From assembly GCA_002748015.1 (NCBI GenBank), contig PDRH01000026.1:1-32799 (forward strand): 32,799 nt of DNA. The letters are read 5' to 3'. A model generated the notes under the pieces. That model was given only the letters and a program-made list of their open reading frames with translations. It did no database searches and was not told the origin of the DNA. Made by a program: the position numbers and the translations under genes. Source of the DNA: Bacteroidota bacterium (GTDB lineage Bacteria; Bacteroidota; Bacteroidia; Bacteroidales; CAJPTX01). Shown piece after piece: positions 1 to 8,898 of the stretch (its first letter is position 1; every line of letters starts with the position of its first letter).

Positions 1-1
1 G

Positions 2-679
2 GAGGCGAACATTGTTCGTTATCCGGATCAGCAGGTATTCCAGCAGGTGAAGGAATTCCTGGAGGAGAAGAACGAAAAGCTCGGGGAGGCAGGTATAGCT
101 GCGAGTCTCTACTTCAAGTTTACCATGCTCCCCAACGAGGCGCATCCGCAGGGGGTATCCATCCTGGCCAGCACGAGGGAGGGAACGACGGTTCTAGACC
201 ATGCGACGGGTCTCAAGCTTGAGCATGTCAATGCGCCGTCCTACTTCGTGGATAAGTACGTAGAAAAGCTGGAGAACCAGATTTTTCCAGGGCTTGAGGC
301 AAAGCTCGCGGCGGCTCAGGCGAGCGGTAGGGAGGCGGAAGCGATCGAGCTTCAGAAGAAGTTGGAGGCTCTAAAGTTTACACGTTTCTCGCATACGCTG
401 GTGGACTACGGAACTGCGCAGGAGATGTCTTTGGCTGCCATAGCACTTGTGGAGAAGTATGGGGGACGGGCAGAGGTGGAGCATGGCTATGCTGAGGTAA
501 CGGTGGCTAGCTCTGACCAGCTGGATTTCATCAAGAGTGGAGGCCCTGCTGGTTTAGCAGTTTTCTATAATGTCCGCTTCTTTAAGCAGTTTCGGAAGTC
601 TACTGACGAGTCGGCAGGCTTCCAAACAACGGTTTTTGAGGCTCGGCATAGCAGCATGCAGATTCCTGCGCATTTTTAG
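2..679 (+). CDS. Hypothetical protein, 5'-truncated by the window edge
   Basis: The frame is open from position 2 (EANIVRYPDQQVFQQVKEFLEE...) to TAG 677-679, with protein-like composition. No family recognised. Confidence 0.7.
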   Translation, partial: EANIVRYPDQQVFQQVKEFLEEKNEKLGEAGIAASLYFKFTMLPNEAHPQGVSILASTREGTTVLDHATGLKLEHVNAPSYFVDKYVEKLENQIFPGLEAKLAAAQASGREAEAIELQKKLEALKFTRFSHTLVDYGTAQEMSLAAIALVEKYGGRAEVEHGYAEVTVASSDQLDFIKSGGPAGLAVFYNVRFFKQFRKSTDESAGFQTTVFEARHSSMQIPAHF

Positions 680-709
680 TTTAGCCTAGCGCAAAGAATA
701 GCCATAAGG

Positions 710-2245
710 ATGAGAGTCAAACAGTCCCTAGCCCTACAGGTGGTGTTGAGTATAGGCTTTGTGGTGCTTGTGCTCATAGCGACAACCGTTGTATCCGTTG
801 TTATGCAGCGGCGTAATCGGGTGGCCAGCGATATGCTCAACGAGAGCGCCCTGCCCTCGCTCTCTGCTCTGGAGGAGATTCGCTCGAATGTTGTATCCAG
901 CGAGCTGCTGGTTAAGAGCTGGGTGTTCGCTGAGAAGCAGGATAAGACCCAGGACAAGATGCGCCTCCGTAGCCTCATTGATACGGAGTACCAGCGTCTC
1001 TATGACAACGTTCGCTCGCTGGCGTCCGATTGGCCGGAGGAGGATCTCGCCGAGCTAGAGAAGGCCAACCGTGTGGTGGTTGACACCCTGTTCCCGCTGC
1101 ATCGTGAGGTGATGCAGAGCCTGAGCACCTTTGAGGCCTACGATGACTTCATGGTGATTTCTACCGTTACCCCTATGGTGGAGACCGATGGGGCGATAGT
1201 CGTGGCTACTAAGCATGCCATAGAGATATTTCAGGATTTGATTCAGAAGCAGCGCGACCGGGTGGAGCTGGCCAATGAGTCGGTGCAGGGCATGGCCAAG
1301 GCATTCGGCTACTTTCTGCTCTTTAGCTCCATCCTTTCGGTTGGGCTCCTGATACTTATCGGCTTTGTCCTGCTACGTCGTATACGCCTCTCGCTCCGGG
1401 AGACAGCGCAGACCGTAGAGGCGGTGGCCACCGGCGATTTGACGGTGGAGATTGCGGTGCAGCGGGAGGACGAGTTTGGCGCTCTCATGCAGTCCATGGG
1501 GGAGATGGTGCAGCAGCTGCGTAGCATAGCGAAGGAAATAGGCCGGGATAGCCAGTCCCTCGGCGAGGCGCGCATGGTGCTGAGCGAGGTGGCGCATGAT
1601 GTGAGCGAGGGGGCGGCCATACAGAGCAGCTCTGCCGAGCAGATAACCGCCTCCATGCAGGGGATGATGGACATGCTAAGCCATCTGAGCGAGGAGGCCA
1701 CCTCGACGACCAATGCCTTCGATGCGGTGCGCATCGACCTCATCCGCATGGGCGATGAGAGTAAGAAGAACCTAGAGGCCATCCGTACCATATCAGAGCG
1801 TATAGAGATAGTCAACGAGATAGCCAACCAGACCAACATCCTGGCGCTGAATGCGGCTGTGGAGGCGGCTCGTGCTGGCGAGCATGGACGGGGCTTCGCC
1901 GTAGTGGCAACTGAGGTCCGGAGGTTGGCCGAGCGGAGTCGCGATGCGGCCGATGAGATACTCGAGGTGGCGAGGGCGACCGTAGTGGATACGGAGCGGG
2001 TGGCAGCATTGCTCGACCGGATAAGCCCGCAGATTGATAGCACCTGGGCCATCCTCAAGGAGTTTGCCCAGTCCAGTGCGCAGCAGACCCAGACGGCCGA
2101 GCAGATCAATAACGGCATGGTGCAGCTCAATGATATAACCCAGAAAAACGCCGACTACGCAACGACTCTAGTGGCCAACTCTGATGGGCTTCGCGAGCGC
2201 AGCGAGAGCCTCGATCGCACCATCCGCTTCTTCAAGCTTAGCTAG
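710..2245 (+). CDS. Methyl-accepting chemotaxis protein (TM-periplasmic sensor-TM-HAMP-signalling domain)
   Basis: Two hydrophobic segments, a HAMP-like region (VATGDLTVEI...EDEFGALMQSM) and the canonical hairpin tip IANQTNILALNAAVEAARAGEHGRGFAVVATEVRRLAERS. Confidence 0.95.
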   Translation: MRVKQSLALQVVLSIGFVVLVLIATTVVSVVMQRRNRVASDMLNESALPSLSALEEIRSNVVSSELLVKSWVFAEKQDKTQDKMRLRSLIDTEYQRLYDNVRSLASDWPEEDLAELEKANRVVVDTLFPLHREVMQSLSTFEAYDDFMVISTVTPMVETDGAIVVATKHAIEIFQDLIQKQRDRVELANESVQGMAKAFGYFLLFSSILSVGLLILIGFVLLRRIRLSLRETAQTVEAVATGDLTVEIAVQREDEFGALMQSMGEMVQQLRSIAKEIGRDSQSLGEARMVLSEVAHDVSEGAAIQSSSAEQITASMQGMMDMLSHLSEEATSTTNAFDAVRIDLIRMGDESKKNLEAIRTISERIEIVNEIANQTNILALNAAVEAARAGEHGRGFAVVATEVRRLAERSRDAADEILEVARATVVDTERVAALLDRISPQIDSTWAILKEFAQSSAQQTQTAEQINNGMVQLNDITQKNADYATTLVANSDGLRERSESLDRTIRFFKLS

Positions 2246-2267
2246 GAGGCCTATGGGCTAGCATTTG

Positions 2268-2301
2268 GCGGGGGGCATTCCAGTTGCCCCCCGCTTTTTT
2301 T
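2268..2301 (+). terminator. Rho-independent terminator of the MCP gene
   Basis: Perfect 10-bp stem GCGGGGGGCA/TGCCCCCCGC with a 7-nt loop, followed by T7. Confidence 0.85.
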
Positions 2302-2302
2302 A

Positions 2303-2310
2303 TACCTTTG
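2303..2310 (+). promoter_or_regulatory. Bacteroidota sigmaA -7 box (TACCTTTG), probable leaderless wecB promoter
   Basis: Matches TAnnTTTG and lies 5 nt before the wecB ATG at 2316. Confidence 0.7.
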
Positions 2311-2315
2311 CGGGT

Positions 2316-3488
2316 ATGAAAAAGCTCAGAGTGCTGTTGGCCTTTGGTACGCGTCCAGAAGCCATAAAAATGTGCCCGCTGGTGCGGGCGTTCCAATCGC
2401 GGGGCGATGCCTTTGATGCGCAGGTCTGCGTTACGGGTCAGCATAGGGAAATGCTCGACCAGGTGCTGGCGGTGTTTGATGTTCGACCAGAATACGACCT
2501 GGATGTGATGCGCTCCGGTCAGGATCTCTACGATGTAACGAGCCGTGTGCTGCTCGGCATGCGGGATGTCCTGAGGGATTTTCGTCCTGATGTGCTGCTA
2601 GTGCATGGCGATACGACCACGAGCATGGCCGTGGCTCTAGCTGGCTACTATGAGCGTATGGCTGTAGGTCACGTGGAGGCGGGCCTACGTACCCACAATA
2701 TCTATAGTCCCTGGCCAGAGGAGATGAACCGTCTGCTTACGGGGCGACTGGCCACCTACCATTTCGCACCGACCGCCCTGAGCCGGGAGAACCTTCTGCG
2801 GGAGGGTATAGCGGACAAGAATATCCTGCTTACAGGGAATACCGTGATCGACGCCCTTCAGTGGGTTGTCGCCCGTTTGGACGGGGATGCCTCCCTGCGA
2901 ACCAGGGTGGAGGATGGGCTCCGTCAGCAGGGCTACGATACGGGGCGCATCAATGGGGCGAGGCGTATGGTGCTGATCACGGGGCATCGGCGCGAGAACT
3001 TCGGCGAGGGCTTCATGAGTATCTGCCGGGCGATTGAGGAGCTGTCCGGTAGCTATCCGGATGTTGACTTCGTGTATCCCATGCACCTGAACCCCAACGT
3101 GCGTGAGCCCATCGCTAGGGTCTTTGGAGACGGGAGCGGGCAGCATGAGAATGTGTTTTTCATTGAGCCCCTTGAGTACCTAAGCTTCGTCTACATGATG
3201 GGGCGCAGCCATCTGGTGCTGACCGATAGCGGGGGTGTACAGGAGGAGGCACCGGGTTTGGGTAAGCCCGTGCTGGTCATGCGCGATACCACTGAACGGC
3301 CGGAGGCTCTAGAGGCGGGCACGGTGCGTCTGGTGGGCACTAGCCGTGAGGCCATAGTAGGTGAGGTGTCTCGCCTCCTGGATAGCTCGGAGGCCTATGC
3401 TGCCATGAGCCGGGCCGTGAATCCATACGGCGATGGGAAGGCTTGTGGGCGGATAGCTGATTTTCTGGGGGAGCTGCAGGAGTCATGA
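2316..3488 (+). CDS. wecB: UDP-N-acetylglucosamine 2-epimerase (non-hydrolysing)
   Basis: Motifs FGTRPEAIKMCP, TGQHREML, VHGDTTT, HVEAGLRT, PWPEEMNR, TDSGGVQEEAP, TERPE, NPYGDG. Start moved to ATG 2316. Confidence 0.95.
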   Translation: MKKLRVLLAFGTRPEAIKMCPLVRAFQSRGDAFDAQVCVTGQHREMLDQVLAVFDVRPEYDLDVMRSGQDLYDVTSRVLLGMRDVLRDFRPDVLLVHGDTTTSMAVALAGYYERMAVGHVEAGLRTHNIYSPWPEEMNRLLTGRLATYHFAPTALSRENLLREGIADKNILLTGNTVIDALQWVVARLDGDASLRTRVEDGLRQQGYDTGRINGARRMVLITGHRRENFGEGFMSICRAIEELSGSYPDVDFVYPMHLNPNVREPIARVFGDGSGQHENVFFIEPLEYLSFVYMMGRSHLVLTDSGGVQEEAPGLGKPVLVMRDTTERPEALEAGTVRLVGTSREAIVGEVSRLLDSSEAYAAMSRAVNPYGDGKACGRIADFLGELQES

Positions 3489-4705
3489 TGGCGGATTCTA
3501 AGGATAGGCTATGCTTTTTGGGTCTGGGCTACATAGGCCTACCCACGGCTATAGTGGCTGCCCAGTCTGGCCTACGGGTGCTGGGGGTGGATATTGACTG
3601 CGGAGTTGTAGAGGAGACCAATGCGGGTAGGCTGCACTTCGTGGAGGAGGGGCTAGAGGATTTGCTGGGGCAGGCGCTTGCTGGCGGGCATTTCCGGGCG
3701 AGTACCGCGGTGGAAGAGGCGGAGGTGTATGTAGTTGCGGTCCCTACGCCCTTCAAGGGTGACCACGAACCCGATGTGTCCTACGTAGAGGCCGCCGTAC
3801 GTGGCTTGCTGCCCCTGCTGAAGCCGGATGACCTCCTGATCATAGAGTCAACCTCTCCCGTGGGGACGACGGAGAGCATGCGTGGCATGGTTTTCGCCGA
3901 GCGCCCCGATTTGCTTGGTCAGCTGCATATGGCCTACTGCCCCGAGCGGGTGCTACCCGGCAACGTGGTCTATGAGCTGGTGCATAACGATAGGGTCATT
4001 GGTGGCGTGGATGATGCATCCACCAAGCGGGCCATGGAGTTCTATGCGCACTTCGTCAAGGGAGAACTCTTTGCAACCGACGCCCGAACCGCTGAGATGT
4101 GTAAGCTCACTGAGAATGCCAGCCGCGATGTTCAGATAGCCTTCGCCAACGAGCTGTCCATCATCTGCGATAAGGCCGGCATCGACGTGTGGGAACTCAT
4201 AGAGCTAGCCAATCGGCACCCACGGGTCAACATACTTCGCCCCGGTTGCGGCGTTGGTGGGCACTGTATAGCCGTAGATCCCTACTTCATCACCTCCGAA
4301 TTCCCCACAGAGGCCAGGATAATTGCAGAGGCTCGACGCATCAACAACTACAAGGCGCTCTACTGCGCAGAGGCCATAGATAAGGCCATGCTACGCTTCG
4401 AGCTGGATAAGCATCGCCCTCCCGTTGTCGCCCTGATGGGGCTGGCCTTCAAGCCAAACATAGACGATCTGCGCGAGAGCCCGGCCAAGTACATCGTTAG
4501 CAAGGTCATGCAGGGCAAGGATAACGCAGATATCCTTGTGGTAGAGCCCAACGTAAGGGAGCATAGGGTGTTCAAGCTCACCGACTACCGCGAGGCCTGG
4601 GAGCGTGCCGACATCGTGGTTTTCCTGGTGGCTCACGATGAGTTCCGTACCCTTCCCGAGGCGGGGGGGAAGCAGGTGATGGATTTCTGCGGCATTAGGA
4701 AATAG
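3485..4705 (+). CDS. wecC: UDP-N-acetyl-D-mannosamine dehydrogenase
   Basis: Motifs GLGYIGLPTA, AVPTP, ESTSPVGTT, YCPERVLPG, GVGGHCIAVDP, GLAFKPNIDDLRESP. Overlaps the wecB stop. Confidence 0.92.
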   Translation: MMADSKDRLCFLGLGYIGLPTAIVAAQSGLRVLGVDIDCGVVEETNAGRLHFVEEGLEDLLGQALAGGHFRASTAVEEAEVYVVAVPTPFKGDHEPDVSYVEAAVRGLLPLLKPDDLLIIESTSPVGTTESMRGMVFAERPDLLGQLHMAYCPERVLPGNVVYELVHNDRVIGGVDDASTKRAMEFYAHFVKGELFATDARTAEMCKLTENASRDVQIAFANELSIICDKAGIDVWELIELANRHPRVNILRPGCGVGGHCIAVDPYFITSEFPTEARIIAEARRINNYKALYCAEAIDKAMLRFELDKHRPPVVALMGLAFKPNIDDLRESPAKYIVSKVMQGKDNADILVVEPNVREHRVFKLTDYREAWERADIVVFLVAHDEFRTLPEAGGKQVMDFCGIRK

Positions 4706-4718
4706 GAGCAAGCCGGTC

Positions 4719-5927
4719 ATGAAGAGTATAGAGGGATTCATACAAGAGCATGTTACCGGGCGGGTAGAGCCTCTCTTTGCCCCTGATGAGCAGGCGAATC
4801 GGGCTACTCTCCGTGGGCAAGTCGAAGGTAGGCAGGTGTTGGTCATCGGTGGTGCGGGGTCTATTGGTTCCGCCTTCATCAAGTGTCTACTCCCCTACGA
4901 ACCCGCCCAGCTCGTAGTTGTAGACCTCAACGAGAATGGTCTCACCGAGCTGACCCGAGACTTACGTTCAAGTCCCAATCTACCCATCCCCCCCGACTAC
5001 CGTACCTACCCCATAGACTACGCTAGCCCCATCTTCGAGAGCATCTTCCGGGAGAATGGGGGCTTCGATATCGTGGCCAATTTCTCCGCCCATAAGCATG
5101 TTCGTTCCGAGAAGGATAGGTACTCGGTGCGTGCCCTGCTCGAGAACAACGTCCTTCGCGCCAAGGAGCTAATGGACCTCCTCTTGGAGTATCCTCCTTA
5201 CCGTTTCTTCTGCGTCTCTACAGACAAGGCCACCAACCCCGTCAATATCATGGGGGCGAGCAAGAAACTCATGGAGGAGCTTGTCATGGCCTATGCCGAC
5301 CGTTTCCCCGTTACCTCCGCCCGCTTCGCCAACGTGGCCTTTAGCCAGGGTTCGCTACCCGCTGGCTGGGTGCAGCGCATGGAGAAGCGGCAGCCGCTGG
5401 TTGCCCCCAGGGACGTTAGGCGCTACTTCGTATCGCCCGAGGAGAGCGGCCAGCTCTGCCTGCTGGCCTGCCTACTCGGTAATTCTGGCGAGGTCTTCTT
5501 CCCGCGTCTGGAGGAGGAGCAGATGCGGGATTTCGCCTCCATCTGCGACGCCTTCCTGCGCTACAATGGGTATAGCCCATGCCCTTTTGAGGATGAGCAG
5601 GAGGCCAGAAGATATGCAGGGCAATTCGGCCATGGTAGTTCGGATTGGCCCGTTGTCTACACCCAGAGCGATACCACCGGCGAGAAACCCTACGAGGAGT
5701 TTTACACGGAGGGGGAGCGGGTAAACCTGGAGCGTTTTACCGCCCTTGGCGTGATAGAGAATTTGCCCCGCCGCCCCCTTTCCGAGGTGGAGGCGTTTCT
5801 GGAGGATTTGCAGGGGCTATTTGCCCGTCCTGATTTTAGCAAGGCAGAGGTTGTACGCCTGCTGCAGACCTTTCTCCCCGCCTTTACGCACGAGGAGAAG
5901 GGGCGTAGTTTGGACGATAAGATGTAG
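4719..5927 (+). CDS. NDP-GlcNAc 4,6-dehydratase, LegB/LgaA-like (CapD/PglF catalytic-domain family)
   Basis: Motifs IGGAGSIGS, SAHKHVRSEKD, VSTDKATNPVNIMGASK, ARFANVAFS. No N-terminal membrane domain. Confidence 0.85.
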   Translation: MKSIEGFIQEHVTGRVEPLFAPDEQANRATLRGQVEGRQVLVIGGAGSIGSAFIKCLLPYEPAQLVVVDLNENGLTELTRDLRSSPNLPIPPDYRTYPIDYASPIFESIFRENGGFDIVANFSAHKHVRSEKDRYSVRALLENNVLRAKELMDLLLEYPPYRFFCVSTDKATNPVNIMGASKKLMEELVMAYADRFPVTSARFANVAFSQGSLPAGWVQRMEKRQPLVAPRDVRRYFVSPEESGQLCLLACLLGNSGEVFFPRLEEEQMRDFASICDAFLRYNGYSPCPFEDEQEARRYAGQFGHGSSDWPVVYTQSDTTGEKPYEEFYTEGERVNLERFTALGVIENLPRRPLSEVEAFLEDLQGLFARPDFSKAEVVRLLQTFLPAFTHEEKGRSLDDKM

Positions 5928-5930
5928 ACC

Positions 5931-7097
5931 ATGGACTACTCATCCATTGTTGCCTTCGTGCGGGAGCTATATGCCACCAGCGAGTTTATACCCCTCTCTG
6001 TACCCCGCTTCGTTGGCCGGGAGAAGGAGTACCTATGCGATTGCATAGATAGCACCTTCGTTTCCAGCGTAGGTGAGTATGTTGATCGCTTTGAGCTGGA
6101 AGTAGCGGAATATACCGCCAGCCCCTATGCCATCGCCTGCGTGAATGGTACGAATGCCCTGCACATCGCGCTGGAATTGGTAGGTGTACAGCCCGGTGAG
6201 GAGGTGATTACCCAGCCCCTCACCTTCGTGGCGACCTGCAACGCCATAGCCTATGCTGGAGCTGTTCCCGTATTCGTCGATGTCGATATGCAGACTATGG
6301 GTCTTTCGCCCGATGCCCTTCGAGCCTGGCTGCAGGATAATGCCGCGATGCGTGGTGGTGAATGCTACAATAGGCATAGCGGTCGGCGCATTAGGGCCTG
6401 CATACCCATGCACACCTTTGGTCATCCCGTGCGTTTGGATGAGCTGGTGCCCATTTGCCAGGAGTGGGGGCTAGAGTTGGTGGAGGATGCCGCCGAGAGC
6501 CTCGGAAGTCTCTACAGGGGGCATCACACGGGTACATTCGGTCGCATCGGTATACTTAGCTTCAACGGCAACAAGACCATCACCACCGGTGGCGGGGGCA
6601 TGCTCCTCATGCGGGACGAGGAGTTTGCCCACCGGGCTAAACACCTGACCACGCAGGCCAAGATACCCCACCCCTGGGAGTTCTGCCATGATGGGGTGGG
6701 CTACAACTACCGCATGCCCAACATCAATGCGGCTCTGGGATGCGCCCAGCTAGAGCAGCTGGAAACCTTTCTGAACGATAAGCGCCAGCTGGCTACGGAG
6801 TACGCCGCGTTCTTCGCCACCCTCGACGGGATGGATTATTTCCAGGAGCCAGAGAATGCTCAGTCCAACTACTGGCTGCATGCCGTCCTGCTCAGGGACA
6901 GGAAGGAGCGCGATGCATTCCTCGAATATACCAATAGCCAGGGCATCATGACGCGCCCCATCTGGGAGCTTATGCCCCGCCTACCGATGTTTACCAATAG
7001 CCAGCGTGGCCCCCTACCCCACGCTGAGGAGCTGGCTGACAGGGTGGTCAATCTACCCAGCAGCCCCCGCCTCAATGATGGGGGGGGGTATGAGTAG
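5931..7097 (+). CDS. legC: LegC-family sugar 4-aminotransferase (DegT/DnrJ/EryC1)
   Basis: Motifs CIDSTFVSSVGEYVDRFE, NGTNALH, EDAAESLGS, SFNGNKTITTGGGG, GYNYRMPNINAALG. Confidence 0.85.
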   Translation: MDYSSIVAFVRELYATSEFIPLSVPRFVGREKEYLCDCIDSTFVSSVGEYVDRFELEVAEYTASPYAIACVNGTNALHIALELVGVQPGEEVITQPLTFVATCNAIAYAGAVPVFVDVDMQTMGLSPDALRAWLQDNAAMRGGECYNRHSGRRIRACIPMHTFGHPVRLDELVPICQEWGLELVEDAAESLGSLYRGHHTGTFGRIGILSFNGNKTITTGGGGMLLMRDEEFAHRAKHLTTQAKIPHPWEFCHDGVGYNYRMPNINAALGCAQLEQLETFLNDKRQLATEYAAFFATLDGMDYFQEPENAQSNYWLHAVLLRDRKERDAFLEYTNSQGIMTRPIWELMPRLPMFTNSQRGPLPHAEELADRVVNLPSSPRLNDGGGYE

Positions 7098-7719
7098 GCC
7101 GATTGTTCTTGTTGGTGGCGGTGGCCACTGTCGCTCCGTACTAAATACCCTCGCTGATTCTGGGCGCGAGGTACTCGGCATCCTGGATCTCCCCAAGAAC
7201 CTAGGCCAGCCTGTGCTGGACTGGGAGGTCATCGGTACTGATGATGATATACCCCGACTTGCCCCTGAAGCTGACTTTATCATTACGACAGGCTTCATAA
7301 GCGACCCCACCCTCCGTATTATGCTCATAGACAGGGTAAGCCTAGCGGGTGGGCATTTCGCTACGGCTATAGCCCCCACCGCCAGCATCTCGCGCTACGC
7401 CCAGGTGGGTGAGGGGGTAGTGGTCCTACACGGTGCGCGCGTAAATGCAGGGGTGTACGTAGGCCCCCACTGCATACTGAATACCCAGGCCGTTCTGGAG
7501 CATGACGTTGAGGTGGGTTGCAATTCGCACGTATCCACCGGAGCAATCCTCAATGGGGGTGTGCAACTCGGGGCGAATAGCTTTGTTGGTAGCCGTTCGG
7601 TAATTCTCCAGGGTGTGAGTATCTGCGATGCGACGGTAATCGGTGCGGGTAGCGTGGTGCGCCATGATATCCGGGAGGCGGGCGTCTTCTACTCGCCCAG
7701 TAGCCTTGAGGGGAGGTAG
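7090..7719 (+). CDS. NeuD/PglD/LegH-family sugar acetyltransferase (hexapeptide repeat)
   Basis: N-terminal VLVGGGGHCRSV, the EHD motif (AVLEHDVEVG) and a left-handed beta-helix repeat. ATG 7090 overlaps the end of legC. Confidence 0.88.
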   Translation: MSRPIVLVGGGGHCRSVLNTLADSGREVLGILDLPKNLGQPVLDWEVIGTDDDIPRLAPEADFIITTGFISDPTLRIMLIDRVSLAGGHFATAIAPTASISRYAQVGEGVVVLHGARVNAGVYVGPHCILNTQAVLEHDVEVGCNSHVSTGAILNGGVQLGANSFVGSRSVILQGVSICDATVIGAGSVVRHDIREAGVFYSPSSLEGR

Positions 7720-7722
7720 GCC

Positions 7723-8898
7723 ATGGCCAAGGTGCTACTGGTCTACTACCCTAGCGTGCAGGCTCCCCTGGTTGGGCGCATTGTCGAGCAGATGCGCACC
7801 AGAGGTCTAGAGATGGACAGCCTTAACCTACCAACTGCCCAGCTCAACGGCCAGCCCCTCAATACTGGCGGTCCATACGGGTTCCTTCGGCGCATGCTCT
7901 CCCCCCTCCTGCGAATCGCCATCATCCGGAAGGCCCTCTCGCCCCTCCTGGCCTCCCTCCTCCTGCGGCGCGTCGCAAGGGGCTACGATATGCTCGATTT
8001 CCACTATTTCTCCGTGGACTACATGCCCTACATGTGGAGTCCCTCTCGCCCCTATGCCATTAGCATATGGGGTTCGGACTTCTACCGGGAGCGCCCCTTC
8101 ATCCAGCGCCTCAAGGCAAAGCTGTACCGCCGGGCGCTCTACGTTCGGGTAGCAACGGAGGCCATGGGGCGTGATGTCCTGTCCCGTTTCCCTGACCTTG
8201 ACGGTTGCATAGAGGTGGCGAACTTCGGGGTGGAGCTGCTCGAGGAGATAGACCTGCTTCGTGGTAGCGCAAAGAGCCTAGTCCCCGAATCTGAAAGGGA
8301 TGGTCGCCTGGTGCTTACCTGTGGCTACAATGGTAGCCCCGCCCAGCGGCACCAGGCCATTCTTGAGGCCATCTCCCGCCTTTCCGATACCCAGAAAGAG
8401 CGCATTTTTCTCTACCTACCGCTCACCTACGGTCTTACTCCCGAGTACAGGGCGGAGCTAATAGCCCGTCTGCAGGAACTCGCCCTACCCTATCGCCTCT
8501 TCGAGCAACGGCTGAGCGATGGGGATATGGCCCTGCTGCGTCTGGAGACCGACGTGGTGGTGAACATCCAGACCACCGATGCTCTCTGCGCATCCCTCAC
8601 CCAGCATCTCTACGCTGGCAACGTCCTCATAGCGGGCGACTGGCTACCCTACGAGATCTACCCCCAGACCGGGGTTTACTATCTTCCCACTACAATAGAA
8701 GCCCTCCCCATCCACCTGGCTACATGCATCGACGGCTACGAGCAGCAAAGCCACGCCACCGAGCGCAACCCTGAGCGCCTACGGCAGTGGGCAAGCTGGC
8801 AGGTTGCAGGCCGGCGACTCTACGAATTGTACATCAAAGGACTAAAGGAGATAGAAGCCTATGGAGGGCAGGGTGCCAACGGAGCTACTGATAGCTAG
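7723..8898 (+). CDS. GT-B glycosyltransferase with a WecF/GT56-like C-terminal motif
   Basis: Motifs ISIWGSDFYR and LTCGYNGSPAQRHQAILEAI...FLYLPLTYG, which resemble the WecF-type ILVGNS..NRH..L..PMGY segment. Preceded by GGAGG. Confidence 0.7.
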   Translation: MAKVLLVYYPSVQAPLVGRIVEQMRTRGLEMDSLNLPTAQLNGQPLNTGGPYGFLRRMLSPLLRIAIIRKALSPLLASLLLRRVARGYDMLDFHYFSVDYMPYMWSPSRPYAISIWGSDFYRERPFIQRLKAKLYRRALYVRVATEAMGRDVLSRFPDLDGCIEVANFGVELLEEIDLLRGSAKSLVPESERDGRLVLTCGYNGSPAQRHQAILEAISRLSDTQKERIFLYLPLTYGLTPEYRAELIARLQELALPYRLFEQRLSDGDMALLRLETDVVVNIQTTDALCASLTQHLYAGNVLIAGDWLPYEIYPQTGVYYLPTTIEALPIHLATCIDGYEQQSHATERNPERLRQWASWQVAGRRLYELYIKGLKEIEAYGGQGANGATDS

